NCBI GenBank assembly: GCA_963666505.2
Contig: CAXXXL010000002.1
Coordinates: 26,507 to 90,506, forward strand
Origin: Christensenellaceae bacterium
Lineage (GTDB): Bacteria > Bacillota > Clostridia > Christensenellales > SZUA-584
Length of the DNA stretch: 64,000 nt
Direction of reading: 5' to 3'
Position 1 is the first letter of the stretch, and every line of letters starts with the position of its first letter. Positions 56,500-64,000 of this stretch are shown one piece after another. The notes under the pieces were generated by a model. The model made no database searches. It was not told the DNA's origin and saw only the letters and a program-made list of their open reading frames with translations. Both the position numbers and the translations under genes were made by a program.

Positions 56500-56526
56500 T
56501 TAGCACTCTTCCGTGGTGAGTGCTAA
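56500..56526 (-). promoter_or_regulatory. CIRCE operator (HrcA binding site), perfect inverted repeat
   Basis: TTAGCACTC-N9-GAGTGCTAA at 56500-56508 and 56518-56526, identical to the consensus. It lies 21 nt upstream of the hrcA ATG. Confidence 0.95.
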
Positions 56527-56538
56527 TATAACGTTATA

Positions 56539-56567
56539 AAAATAACACTTATTGTCTTCAAAGTCAA
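56539..56567 (-). promoter_or_regulatory. putative hrcA-grpE-dnaK-dnaJ promoter (TTGACT-N17-TATTTT)
   Basis: Minus strand: TTGACT (56567-56562), 17-nt spacer, TATTTT (56544-56539), just upstream of CIRCE. The -10 is weak and alternative -10 hexamers exist nearby. Confidence 0.4.
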
Positions 56568-56583
56568 TACTACAGGTCTATAT

Positions 56584-57705
56584 TCACATATTTTTCATAA
56601 ATTTTAATATGAGGTTATTTTGAAGGTCGAATCCTTTTAAAGTCGGATAAATGCCTTTACTGTCAGCTGTGACCAAGCCTTCCTTCAAAGCGGAAATAAC
56701 AGCATCTTTATACTTCGTCGAAAAGTCTTCATCAAATCTTTCACTGTAATTTTCAAAGCTTATACCGTCCTCAAGACGCAGGTGCAGCATTATGTATTCC
56801 TGCTCTTTTTCATGAAGCGATAATTCCGTCACCTCTGCTGAAGGGCAGACGCCTTTAGCTGCAGCATCAATATATTCGGACAGTCTTGCTGTGTTGGTAT
56901 GTCTGCTTTGCAAATCATATGAGCCTGCAGCCACACCAAGACCCAAATATTCGCCGCCTTTCCAGTATTTAAGATTATGTTTGCATTCAAACCCAGGCAA
57001 AGCAAAATTTGACGTTTCGTAGTGGACGTATCCGATTTGTGTGAGTGTTTCTACGGCTTCGTGATACATCTGCCTGTCCGTTTCATCATCTGCGCCGCTA
57101 AATGCGCTGTAGAGCTTTGTGCCCTCTTCCAGCTTCAGAGAATAGCAGGAGATATGCTGCGGCGCAAGTTCCAGCAGATGCTTTATCGTATCACTGTAGT
57201 TTTCGACTGTCTGGCCAGGCAGACCGAAAATCGTATCAACGTTTATATTTCCGATATATTTCTGAGCAATCTTATACGCACGAATAAAATCTTCAAATGT
57301 GTGCCGCCTGCCTATTGATTTTAGAATTTTATTATCATGAGACTGAAGCCCGAGGCTTATCCTGTTTATTCCTGCATCTGCATATGATTTTATTTTGTCC
57401 TCGTCAACAGTTTCAGGATTTGCTTCGATAGTAAACTCTTCGGTGTCGATATTTATAAAATTCCTTAAACCGTATATTAGCTTGTTAATTTGCGCGGACG
57501 ATAAAATAGACGGAGTGCCTCCGCCTATAAAAACCGTGTTTACGATATGCTTATTTATATATGCTTCATAGATACGGGCTTCGGACAAGACCGCTTTGAT
57601 GTATGTATCAGCTTCTTCAAGCTTGTCAGGATATGATGTAAAATCACAGTAGTAACATTTTCGAGCGCAAAAAGGTATGTGAATGTAGAGCCCAAGAGTA
57701 TCCAT
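56584..57705 (-). CDS. hemW: radical SAM heme chaperone HemW (HemN-like, coproporphyrinogen III oxidase family)
   Basis: 373 aa. HIPFCARKCYYCDF radical-SAM motif, GGGTPS and a HemN_C-like tail. Confidence 0.88.
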   Translation of the reverse strand: MDTLGLYIHIPFCARKCYYCDFTSYPDKLEEADTYIKAVLSEARIYEAYINKHIVNTVFIGGGTPSILSSAQINKLIYGLRNFINIDTEEFTIEANPETVDEDKIKSYADAGINRISLGLQSHDNKILKSIGRRHTFEDFIRAYKIAQKYIGNINVDTIFGLPGQTVENYSDTIKHLLELAPQHISCYSLKLEEGTKLYSAFSGADDETDRQMYHEAVETLTQIGYVHYETSNFALPGFECKHNLKYWKGGEYLGLGVAAGSYDLQSRHTNTARLSEYIDAAAKGVCPSAEVTELSLHEKEQEYIMLHLRLEDGISFENYSERFDEDFSTKYKDAVISALKEGLVTADSKGIYPTLKGFDLQNNLILKFMKNM

Positions 57706-59516
57706 CAGTCCATCTTAAGCACGGACATAAACGCCTCTGAAGGCACCTGCACGCTGCCCACCTGTCTCATGCGCTTCTTTCCTTCCTTTTGTTTCTCCAG
57801 CAGCTTTTTCTTTCTTGATATATCGCCGCCGTAGCACTTCGCAAGCACATCTTTTCTCATAGCTTTTACTGTTTCTCTTGCTATTATCTTGCCGCCAATA
57901 GCAGCTTGTATCGGTATTTCGAACATCTGCCGGGGTATTGCAGTTTTAAGCTTTTCAGCTATGCTCCTGCCCCGTGCGTACGCTTTATCACGATGCACTA
58001 TTATCGAAAGCGCATCGCACATTTCGCCGTTGAGCAGCATGTCCAGCTTAACAAGATCACTCTTCTGGTAACCCTTGAGTTCGTAATCAAGTGAAGCGTA
58101 GCCACGTGTCCTTGACTTGAGCGAATCGAAAAAGTCATATATTATCTCGTTGAGCGGAAGATCGTAATGAATCATCACTCTTGTAGATTCTATGTATTCC
58201 ATGTTTCTGAAAGCGCCACGCTTTTCCTGACACAGATCCATAACTGCGCCGACGTATTCTTCAGGAGTCATTATGCTGGCGGAGGTCATCGGCTCCTCCA
58301 TATAATCTATATTTGCAGCAGGCGGAAGGTTTGTTGGGTTGTCCACAACAATTTTGTCGCCTTTGAGCGTCGTCACATGATAGCTTACTCCCGGAGCAGT
58401 CGTTACAAGGTTCAGGTCGAACTCACGCTCCAGCCGCTCCTGAATTATCTCCATGTGCAGAAGCCCTAAGAAACCGCACCTGAAACCAAAACCAAGAGCA
58501 ACGGACGTTTCCGGCTCGTATATCAGCGAAGCATCGTTTAGCTCCAGCTTTGAAAGAGCTTCCTTTAAGTCTTCATAGTCAGCACCGTCAGCCGGATATA
58601 TGCCGCAGAATACCATCGGCGTTACAACTTTATAACCGGGCAGAGGCTCTTTAGTTCCGTTCAACGCATTCGTTATGGTATCACCCACCCTTGTGTCCGA
58701 AACGTTCTTTATACTTGCCGCAACATAGCCTACCTCCCCAGCTTCCAGTGATTTCGTCTGGAGAAGCGCAGGCAGGAAAACACCGACTTCTGTTACTTCG
58801 AATTTTTTGCCAGTTGACATGAATTTTATCATATCTCCCGGCTCTATCCTGCCGTCTTGCAATCTTATGTAACTTATGGCTCCTTTATAGTTATCGTAAA
58901 AAGAATCGAATATAAGCGCCTTTAGTGGGTTTTCGCTGTCTCCGGAAGGCGGTGGGAGTTTAGTTACGATTGCTTTTAAAACCTCGTCGATACCTAATCC
59001 TTCCTTTGCGCTTATTCTTGGCGCATCTGAAGCATCTATACCGAGAACGTCCTCTATCTCCTTACAGATTTCGTCCGGACGTGCGGAAACAAGGTCAATC
59101 TTGTTTATTACAGGTATTATCTCCAGATTGTTATCCATTGCAAGATATACATTTGCCAGCGTTTGCGCTTCGATGCCCTGAGTAGCGTCAACAACAAGAA
59201 CAGCGCCTTCGCAGGCAGCCATGCTCCTTGATACTTCGTATGTGAAGTCTACATGTCCCGGCGTATCGATAAGGTTCAAAGTGTACTCTTTGCCTTCGAA
59301 GTTGTAGATCATCCTTACGGCTTGTGATTTTATTGTAATGCCACGTTCCTGCTCTAAATCCATCGTATCCAAAACCTGCTCGTGCATGTCACGGGTAGAT
59401 ATAGTGTTGGTCTTTTCGATAAGTCGGTCTGCAAGCGTAGATTTACCGTGGTCGATATGTGCGATTATACAGAAATTTCTGTATCTTTCCTGGCCCATTT
59501 GCCTTTTTTCCTCCAA
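57705..59516 (-). CDS. lepA: translation elongation factor 4 (LepA)
   Basis: 603 aa. [17 protein letters not shown] and NKID GTPase motifs. LepA-specific C-terminal domain ([25 protein letters not shown]-like). Confidence 0.97.
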   Translation of the reverse strand: MEEKRQMGQERYRNFCIIAHIDHGKSTLADRLIEKTNTISTRDMHEQVLDTMDLEQERGITIKSQAVRMIYNFEGKEYTLNLIDTPGHVDFTYEVSRSMAACEGAVLVVDATQGIEAQTLANVYLAMDNNLEIIPVINKIDLVSARPDEICKEIEDVLGIDASDAPRISAKEGLGIDEVLKAIVTKLPPPSGDSENPLKALIFDSFYDNYKGAISYIRLQDGRIEPGDMIKFMSTGKKFEVTEVGVFLPALLQTKSLEAGEVGYVAASIKNVSDTRVGDTITNALNGTKEPLPGYKVVTPMVFCGIYPADGADYEDLKEALSKLELNDASLIYEPETSVALGFGFRCGFLGLLHMEIIQERLEREFDLNLVTTAPGVSYHVTTLKGDKIVVDNPTNLPPAANIDYMEEPMTSASIMTPEEYVGAVMDLCQEKRGAFRNMEYIESTRVMIHYDLPLNEIIYDFFDSLKSRTRGYASLDYELKGYQKSDLVKLDMLLNGEMCDALSIIVHRDKAYARGRSIAEKLKTAIPRQMFEIPIQAAIGGKIIARETVKAMRKDVLAKCYGGDISRKKKLLEKQKEGKKRMRQVGSVQVPSEAFMSVLKMD

Positions 59517-59580
59517 TAGCTTTTAAAAAGTCTAGCACTATAATATATAAAACAGGTATAAAAAGCAATCAGTTCTTTTT

Positions 59581-59609
59581 TTGATGCATTTATTATTGTA
59601 TTATATAAT
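59581..59609 (+). promoter_or_regulatory. promoter of the LUD-domain gene (TTGATG-N17-TATAAT)
   Basis: TTGATG at 59581-59586, 17-nt spacer, TATAAT at 59604-59609. GGAGGG RBS lies 6 nt before the ATG at 59634. Confidence 0.5.
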
Positions 59610-59633
59610 TATAAAAAAATCGGAGGGATTGCT

Positions 59634-60248
59634 ATGGGAGAAATGCAAAAGTGTCTTGATGCTCTTAATAAAAAAGGTTTTCATGCGCAAGGTGTACCGG
59701 ACAAGGAAACTGCGGTAAGAAAGATTCTTGAGATAATAGGCGAGGATGAGACAGTCGGTGCCGGCGGTAGCATGACTCTCGAAGAAACGGGGGTTGTCGA
59801 TACCTTGCTCGAAAGAGGCAACACTGTTTATTCCAGCAACGTTGCGAAAAAAACAGGCATGGACAAGGAAGAAGCAAGAAAAAAAGCAATGACTGCAGAT
59901 GTATTTCTTTCCTCAACAAATGCACTTACACTTGAAGGAGACCTTATTAACATCGACGCTATCGGGAACAGGGTTGCCGGAATGTTTTATGGTCCAGACA
60001 AAGTCGTTATAGTTACCGGAAGCAACAAGTTGACAGAAAACCCTCACACTGCTATTCGCCGTATAAAGGATATAGCCTGCCCCTTGAACACAAAAAGGCT
60101 GGGGCTTAACACCCCCTGCGCAATAACAGGAAAGTGCAATGAATGCAGCAGCCCCCAGCGCATATGCAACGTTACAGTAAGGATAGTGTATCCGCCCTGG
60201 GGCAAACAAATGCATGTTATAATCATAGATGGCGACTATGGGTTTTAG
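59634..60248 (+). CDS. LUD-domain (DUF162, LutC/YkgG-like) protein with Cys-rich C-terminus
   Basis: 204 aa. The GAGGSMTLEETG...VFLSSTNALTLEGDLINIDAIGNRV pattern is typical of LUD/lactate-utilisation-type domains. C-terminal CPLN...CAITGKCNECSSPQRIC. Confidence 0.7.
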   Translation: MGEMQKCLDALNKKGFHAQGVPDKETAVRKILEIIGEDETVGAGGSMTLEETGVVDTLLERGNTVYSSNVAKKTGMDKEEARKKAMTADVFLSSTNALTLEGDLINIDAIGNRVAGMFYGPDKVVIVTGSNKLTENPHTAIRRIKDIACPLNTKRLGLNTPCAITGKCNECSSPQRICNVTVRIVYPPWGKQMHVIIIDGDYGF

Positions 60249-60252
60249 AATC

Positions 60253-60534
60253 ATGAAGATACTTGCTATTGAAAAAGAGATACCGGGCGCTGACTGGACC
60301 GGCAGCGAACAGATACTTCGTAATGAAGCGCTCCACGTAAAAAAGCTTATGGAGCAAGGCATTATAAAAGAGATATTTTTCAACGAAGAAAACTGCGCTG
60401 TTATAATACTGGAAAGCAAAAGTATCGAAGATGCAAAAGTCGTTCTTTCAGATCTTCCGTTAGTCAAGGCTTGTCTTATTGATTTTGAATTGATGGAGCT
60501 TAGACGCTATACAGGATTTGACCGTATCAAATGA
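60253..60534 (+). CDS. small hypothetical protein, possibly dimeric alpha/beta-barrel (muconolactone isomerase-like)
   Basis: ORF track gives 60229..60534. The start is uncertain: the ATG at 60253 (MKILAIEKE...) lies 4 nt after the upstream stop, and alternatives are 60238 and 60229. 93 aa. The ...EA.HV..L..QGIIKEIFF...AVIILES.S.EDA..VLSDLPLV pattern recalls the MIase-like fold. Weak call. Confidence 0.5.
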   Translation: MKILAIEKEIPGADWTGSEQILRNEALHVKKLMEQGIIKEIFFNEENCAVIILESKSIEDAKVVLSDLPLVKACLIDFELMELRRYTGFDRIK

Positions 60535-61432
60535 ACCCAGCCGATTCTATGTCTGCCTTTATCTGATCTGAAAGCTGTTCTTTACTGCTAAAGCGTATCT
60601 CGTCACGGATACGCTTTTTGAATTTTATAGTAAGCAGTTCATTGTAAATATCTTCACTAAAATCAATCAGATGAGTTTCTATAGTCAGAACTGCCTTATC
60701 CGTTACCGTTGGTTTGATGCCTATGTTACATACGGCATTGTGCTTTTTTCCGTCATACATCGCTTCAACTGCGTATACTCCGCTTTTAGGCATGACCTTC
60801 TCTTTGGGCACTTCAATGTTTGCCGTCGGGAACCCAAGGCTTTTTCCTATCATGCTGCCTTTTGTTACTGTGCCGCTTAAGAAATATTCATATCCCAGCA
60901 GTTTGTTTGCCCCGATAATATCGCCGTTCCACAGCAGTTCACGGATCTTTGTTGAACTTACCTGAACACCACCAACCAAAACTTCGGGTATTACCTCTAC
61001 GCTGTAACCAAACTCTTCGCTGTCTTTTTTAAGCTGCTTAGCTGTACCTGAGGCGTGTTTTCCGTAAGTATAATTGTAGCCGGCTATCACACAGCAGGGT
61101 GTAAAAGTATCTTTCAGGACCCTCTCGAAATCATGCTTGTCTATTCCTGCAAAGTTTTTATCAAAATGAGCTATGCACAAATAGTCTATACCCGTTTCTT
61201 CAAAAGCTTTTTCTTTTTCCTCAAGCGTATATAGCTGCATTGGCTTGTGCCCTTTTTTAAAGACATCTGCCGGAAGTACATCGAATGTAAAGGCTATTGT
61301 ATCACCTTTATGCTTTTTGGCAGCAGTAATCAAAGCCATATGCCCAAGGTGCAGCCCATCGAACGTTCCAAGAGCTACGCTTGCTTTACTAAACTTTATA
61401 TTTTCTGCCTGTTTAAGTGAGATAGTCCGCAT
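60527..61432 (-). CDS. ribF: bifunctional riboflavin kinase / FMN adenylyltransferase
   Basis: 301 aa. GTFDGLHLGH, and the riboflavin kinase C domain (G..LGFPTAN, E.H..DF). Confidence 0.95.
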   Translation of the reverse strand: MRTISLKQAENIKFSKASVALGTFDGLHLGHMALITAAKKHKGDTIAFTFDVLPADVFKKGHKPMQLYTLEEKEKAFEETGIDYLCIAHFDKNFAGIDKHDFERVLKDTFTPCCVIAGYNYTYGKHASGTAKQLKKDSEEFGYSVEVIPEVLVGGVQVSSTKIRELLWNGDIIGANKLLGYEYFLSGTVTKGSMIGKSLGFPTANIEVPKEKVMPKSGVYAVEAMYDGKKHNAVCNIGIKPTVTDKAVLTIETHLIDFSEDIYNELLTIKFKKRIRDEIRFSSKEQLSDQIKADIESAGFI

Positions 61433-61435
61433 AGA

Positions 61436-62290
61436 TTAGTCCACCAGTCGTGTTGTTATTCTTATGCTATTGTCCGCTGCCCGGCCTATACCCAGCAGTT
61501 CGCCGCCGCAGTATACAGCAGCCTCTTCGGTGTTGCTAACTGGGAGTTTTATAGTTCCCCCGTTGTAAAGAACAGTCCAGTATTCTTTCACCAAATCAAT
61601 TCTTGGCAATTTGCCAAGAAAACTTTCTATGGGGATAACAGCACTTTGCATGCTGCCGTTCATACTTTTAAGTTCATCTATTGTCACGCTGTCTTCTATG
61701 TTTAGACCTGCGCTTTTTGTTCTTGCTAAGAACGACATATACCCAAGGCTTCCAAGGCTTTTTGCAATGTCTTCGCACAGAGTTCTAATATAAGTTCCTT
61801 TACCACAAGACACTCTTATCAGGTGCGAAGCTTCCCCTGTCCTGCTAAGGTATTCTATTTCGTGGATATCAACGATTCGCATAACAGGTTTTATTTCTTC
61901 TCCGCTTCTCGCAAGCTGATAAAGTTTTCTTCCATTCTGTTTTACGGCTGAATAATCTGGCGTCCTCTGCTGAATGCTTCCAACGAATTTGCCGAGCGCA
62001 TCTTCTATGTTTTGCGGTATCTCTTCTGTCCTTCTAATTACTTTACCGTAGCTGTCTGCAGTATCAGTCTCTGCACCAAGGGTCAGCTCTGCGATATACT
62101 CCTTTTCGTGCCCCATCAGGTATGACGATATTTTTGTAGCTTTGCCTACGCACACCGGCAAAACGCCGCATGCGCCGGGGTCAAGCGTCCCTGCATGTCC
62201 GGTCTTGCAGCCCGTGAGTCCCCTTAAAAACACAACCGCCCCGTTTGACGACATGCCGGGCGGTTTAAGAAAATTTATTACACCGTTCAT
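61436..62290 (-). CDS. truB: tRNA pseudouridine(55) synthase
   Basis: ORF track gives 61436..62320. The ATG at 62290 (MNGVINFLKPPGMSS) matches the usual TruB N-terminus and lies 4 nt after the nrnA stop. GHAGTLDP catalytic motif. 284 aa. Confidence 0.92.
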   Translation of the reverse strand: MNGVINFLKPPGMSSNGAVVFLRGLTGCKTGHAGTLDPGACGVLPVCVGKATKISSYLMGHEKEYIAELTLGAETDTADSYGKVIRRTEEIPQNIEDALGKFVGSIQQRTPDYSAVKQNGRKLYQLARSGEEIKPVMRIVDIHEIEYLSRTGEASHLIRVSCGKGTYIRTLCEDIAKSLGSLGYMSFLARTKSAGLNIEDSVTIDELKSMNGSMQSAVIPIESFLGKLPRIDLVKEYWTVLYNGGTIKLPVSNTEEAAVYCGGELLGIGRAADNSIRITTRLVD

Positions 62291-62294
62291 ATTT

Positions 62295-63248
62295 TCAGAC
62301 AAGCTCCGCAAGCTTTTCAAGCACCTCTTTTTTAGCTTCTTCCATCTTTTTGCCTATGCAGCATCCAGCGGCGTTTTTATGACCGCCACCACCAAAAGCA
62401 GCCGCTACACTGCATACATCAACATCGCCTTTTGAACGCAGGCTTACCTTTACACCAGTATCTATTTCTCTAAGCATCACTGCTGCCAAAGCAGTGTCAA
62501 TTTCTCTTGCATAGTTGACTATATTGTCGCAGTCGCTTCCGTCAGCGTTTAATTCTTTAAAGTCGCTCTTTAGAAGTGACATCAACGCTATTTTGCCCTC
62601 TTTGTGCATTTCCAGGCTGGATATAGCACGGCCAATAAGCTGCGTAGAAACAAGAGAGCGCCTTCTGAACAATATTTCAGCAGTTCTTCTCAAATCGAAT
62701 TTCTCTATCAGCCTGGAGCTTATTGCCATGCAGTTTTCACTCGTATTGGAATATGTATAATTACCGGTATCGGTAGAAATGGCGATATACAGATATTCTG
62801 CAGTCTTTTCGTCAACATCCAGCCTCATTTCTGACAGAAGCTCGAATATTATCTCTCCCACAGACGAAGCGTCCTTAATATAGTTGATCTTTGCAAAACC
62901 ATCATTTGTAATATGGTGGTCTATATTAATAGTGTTTTCGTACTTTTTAAACAGCTTGTATGCCTTGCCCATCCTCGATTTGTCTGCACAGTCTAGACAA
63001 ACAGCAATATCGTATTGCTCGGCTACATCTTTCGGCATATGCAGCATATCACCCTCAAGAAGCGGCAAGTATCTATCTGGAACGCCGCTGTCACAACATA
63101 TCAGCGTTTTATATCCGGCGGTACTAAGAGCGTTATTAAGCGCAAAGCAAGAGCCAAGCGTATCACCATCCGGCTGGGTGTGCGCTATAATCAGTATGCT
63201 CTTCGCATTTTTCAGCGCCGCTGCTATGTCTGATAAACTCTGTGCCAT
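62295..63248 (-). CDS. nrnA: DHH/DHHA1 phosphoesterase (NrnA-type oligoribonuclease / pAp phosphatase)
   Basis: 317 aa. HTQPDGD, DHH (INIDHH) and GGGH motifs. Confidence 0.88.
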   Translation of the reverse strand: MAQSLSDIAAALKNAKSILIIAHTQPDGDTLGSCFALNNALSTAGYKTLICCDSGVPDRYLPLLEGDMLHMPKDVAEQYDIAVCLDCADKSRMGKAYKLFKKYENTINIDHHITNDGFAKINYIKDASSVGEIIFELLSEMRLDVDEKTAEYLYIAISTDTGNYTYSNTSENCMAISSRLIEKFDLRRTAEILFRRRSLVSTQLIGRAISSLEMHKEGKIALMSLLKSDFKELNADGSDCDNIVNYAREIDTALAAVMLREIDTGVKVSLRSKGDVDVCSVAAAFGGGGHKNAAGCCIGKKMEEAKKEVLEKLAELV

Positions 63249-63252
63249 CCGT

Positions 63253-63591
63253 TTATACTTTCTTTAATATCTCGGATATTTTGCTGCTGTATTCTATAGA
63301 ACCGTCCAATATGAACTTTATTTCGGGCAGCCGCCTTATTCTTATCCTGCGGCCTATCTCGTTCTTTATAAAATGCTGGGCATGTGTCAGCGTTTCGATA
63401 GTTGAGTTCCTCTTCTTGTCTGTATCGAACACGCTTATGTATGCTTTTGCGTACTTTAAATCTTTGGAAAGCTCGACGTGGGTCACGCTGGTCATCCTTG
63501 ATATCCTCGGGTCTTCCATTTCCGTAAATATAATTTCTGACAGAGCTTTTTTAAACTCTGTATTTATCGAAGACAGCCTGTCTTTTGCCAC
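63253..63591 (-). CDS. rbfA: 30S ribosome-binding factor RbfA
   Basis: 112 aa. R..R....I...L..II..E..DPR...+T+T.V..S.DL..AKVY-like pattern. Located downstream of infB. Confidence 0.92.
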   Translation of the reverse strand: MAKDRLSSINTEFKKALSEIIFTEMEDPRISRMTSVTHVELSKDLKYAKAYISVFDTDKKRNSTIETLTHAQHFIKNEIGRRIRIRRLPEIKFILDGSIEYSSKISEILKKV

Positions 63592-64000
63592 TATCTCTTT
63601 ATCTCCTGATCTTCAAAGGCTTCAATTACATCGCCTTCTTTTACATCGTTATAGTTCTTTATAGTTATACCGCATTCAAAGCCCTGCAGCACTTCTTTTG
63701 CGTCATCCTTGAACCTTTTGAGCGAAGCGAGCGTTCCTTCATGTATAACTATATTATCACGAAGCAGCCTCACTGAAGAGCTTTTCTTTATCTTACCGTC
63801 TGTTACATAGCTTCCGGCTATCGTACCTATGCTGGAAACATTGAATATCGTGCGAACCTCTGCATGCCCAAGTATAACTTCTTCAAACTCTGGCGCAAGC
63901 ATACCCTTCATAGCAAGCTGTATGTCTTCTATAGCTTTATATATAATACGGTACATACGGATCTCTACTTTTTCTTTTTCCGCTTCCAGCCTTGCCATGC
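63591..64000 (-). CDS. infB: translation initiation factor IF-2, C-terminal fragment (gene continues beyond the window)
   Basis: The C-terminal domain sequence ...[15 protein letters not shown]...E...G.AEVR..F..S..G.IAG..V..G...R....R..R is present. There is no start codon within the window, and the internal M in the ORF track is not the start. Confidence 0.93.
   Translation of the reverse strand, partial: MARLEAEKEKVEIRMYRIIYKAIEDIQLAMKGMLAPEFEEVILGHAEVRTIFNVSSIGTIAGSYVTDGKIKKSSSVRLLRDNIVIHEGTLASLKRFKDDAKEVLQGFECGITIKNYNDVKEGDVIEAFEDQEIKR

Overview
This is a gene-dense 64-kb chromosomal segment with about 60 CDS, 5 tRNAs and no rRNA. It reads as the core genome of a Gram-positive anaerobe, Bacillota and probably Clostridia. 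That assignment is an inference from gene order, a perfect CIRCE operator, Cheo-type SOS boxes and the RemA/YicC/PrkC block.

Content from left to right:
- The tail of a type IV pilus-like cluster: a PilX/GspK-like large protein followed by pilM, pilN and pilO-like genes.
- A WYL-domain regulator divergent from a YfcC-type permease and a TIM-barrel isomerase.
- An orphan zinc-ribbon membrane protein, then HU.
- An FTR-like/rubredoxin fusion next to a glutaredoxin-like gene.
- An ABC-2 exporter pair.
- A 5-tRNA operon on the minus strand (Val-Asp-Gly-Cys-Leu).
- hisZGDBHAF(IE).
- A roughly 18-kb block syntenic with the B. subtilis yloC..recG region: yicC, remA, gmk, rpoZ, coaBC, priA, def, fmt, rsmB, rlmN, prpC, prkC, rsgA, rpe, thiN, rpmB, yloU, yloV, recG.
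- A tightly packed 8-gene unit: galU, ahcY, mtaD, a lipoprotein gene, gatCAB and an AIR-synthase-like gene.
- An SOS-box-controlled dinB.
- A frameshifted HIT gene.
- mtaB-rsmE-prmA-dnaJ-dnaK-grpE-hrcA (with CIRCE)-hemW-lepA.
- A LUD-domain gene followed by a small gene.
- ribF-truB-nrnA-rbfA and the 3' end of infB.

I found no CRISPR array, transposase, integrase, prophage or recognisable defence or toxin-antitoxin module, and no clearly novel system.

The items most worth a second look are:
- the beta-helix PilX-like protein
- the FTRc-rubredoxin/Grx pair
- the SAH-deaminase plus short AhcY pair
- the AIR-synthase-like gene translationally coupled to gatB
- the WYL regulator with overlapping divergent promoters
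- an orphan promoter-terminator pair that could be an sRNA
- the HIT frameshift

All functional calls rest on motif recognition in the supplied translations. No database search was possible.
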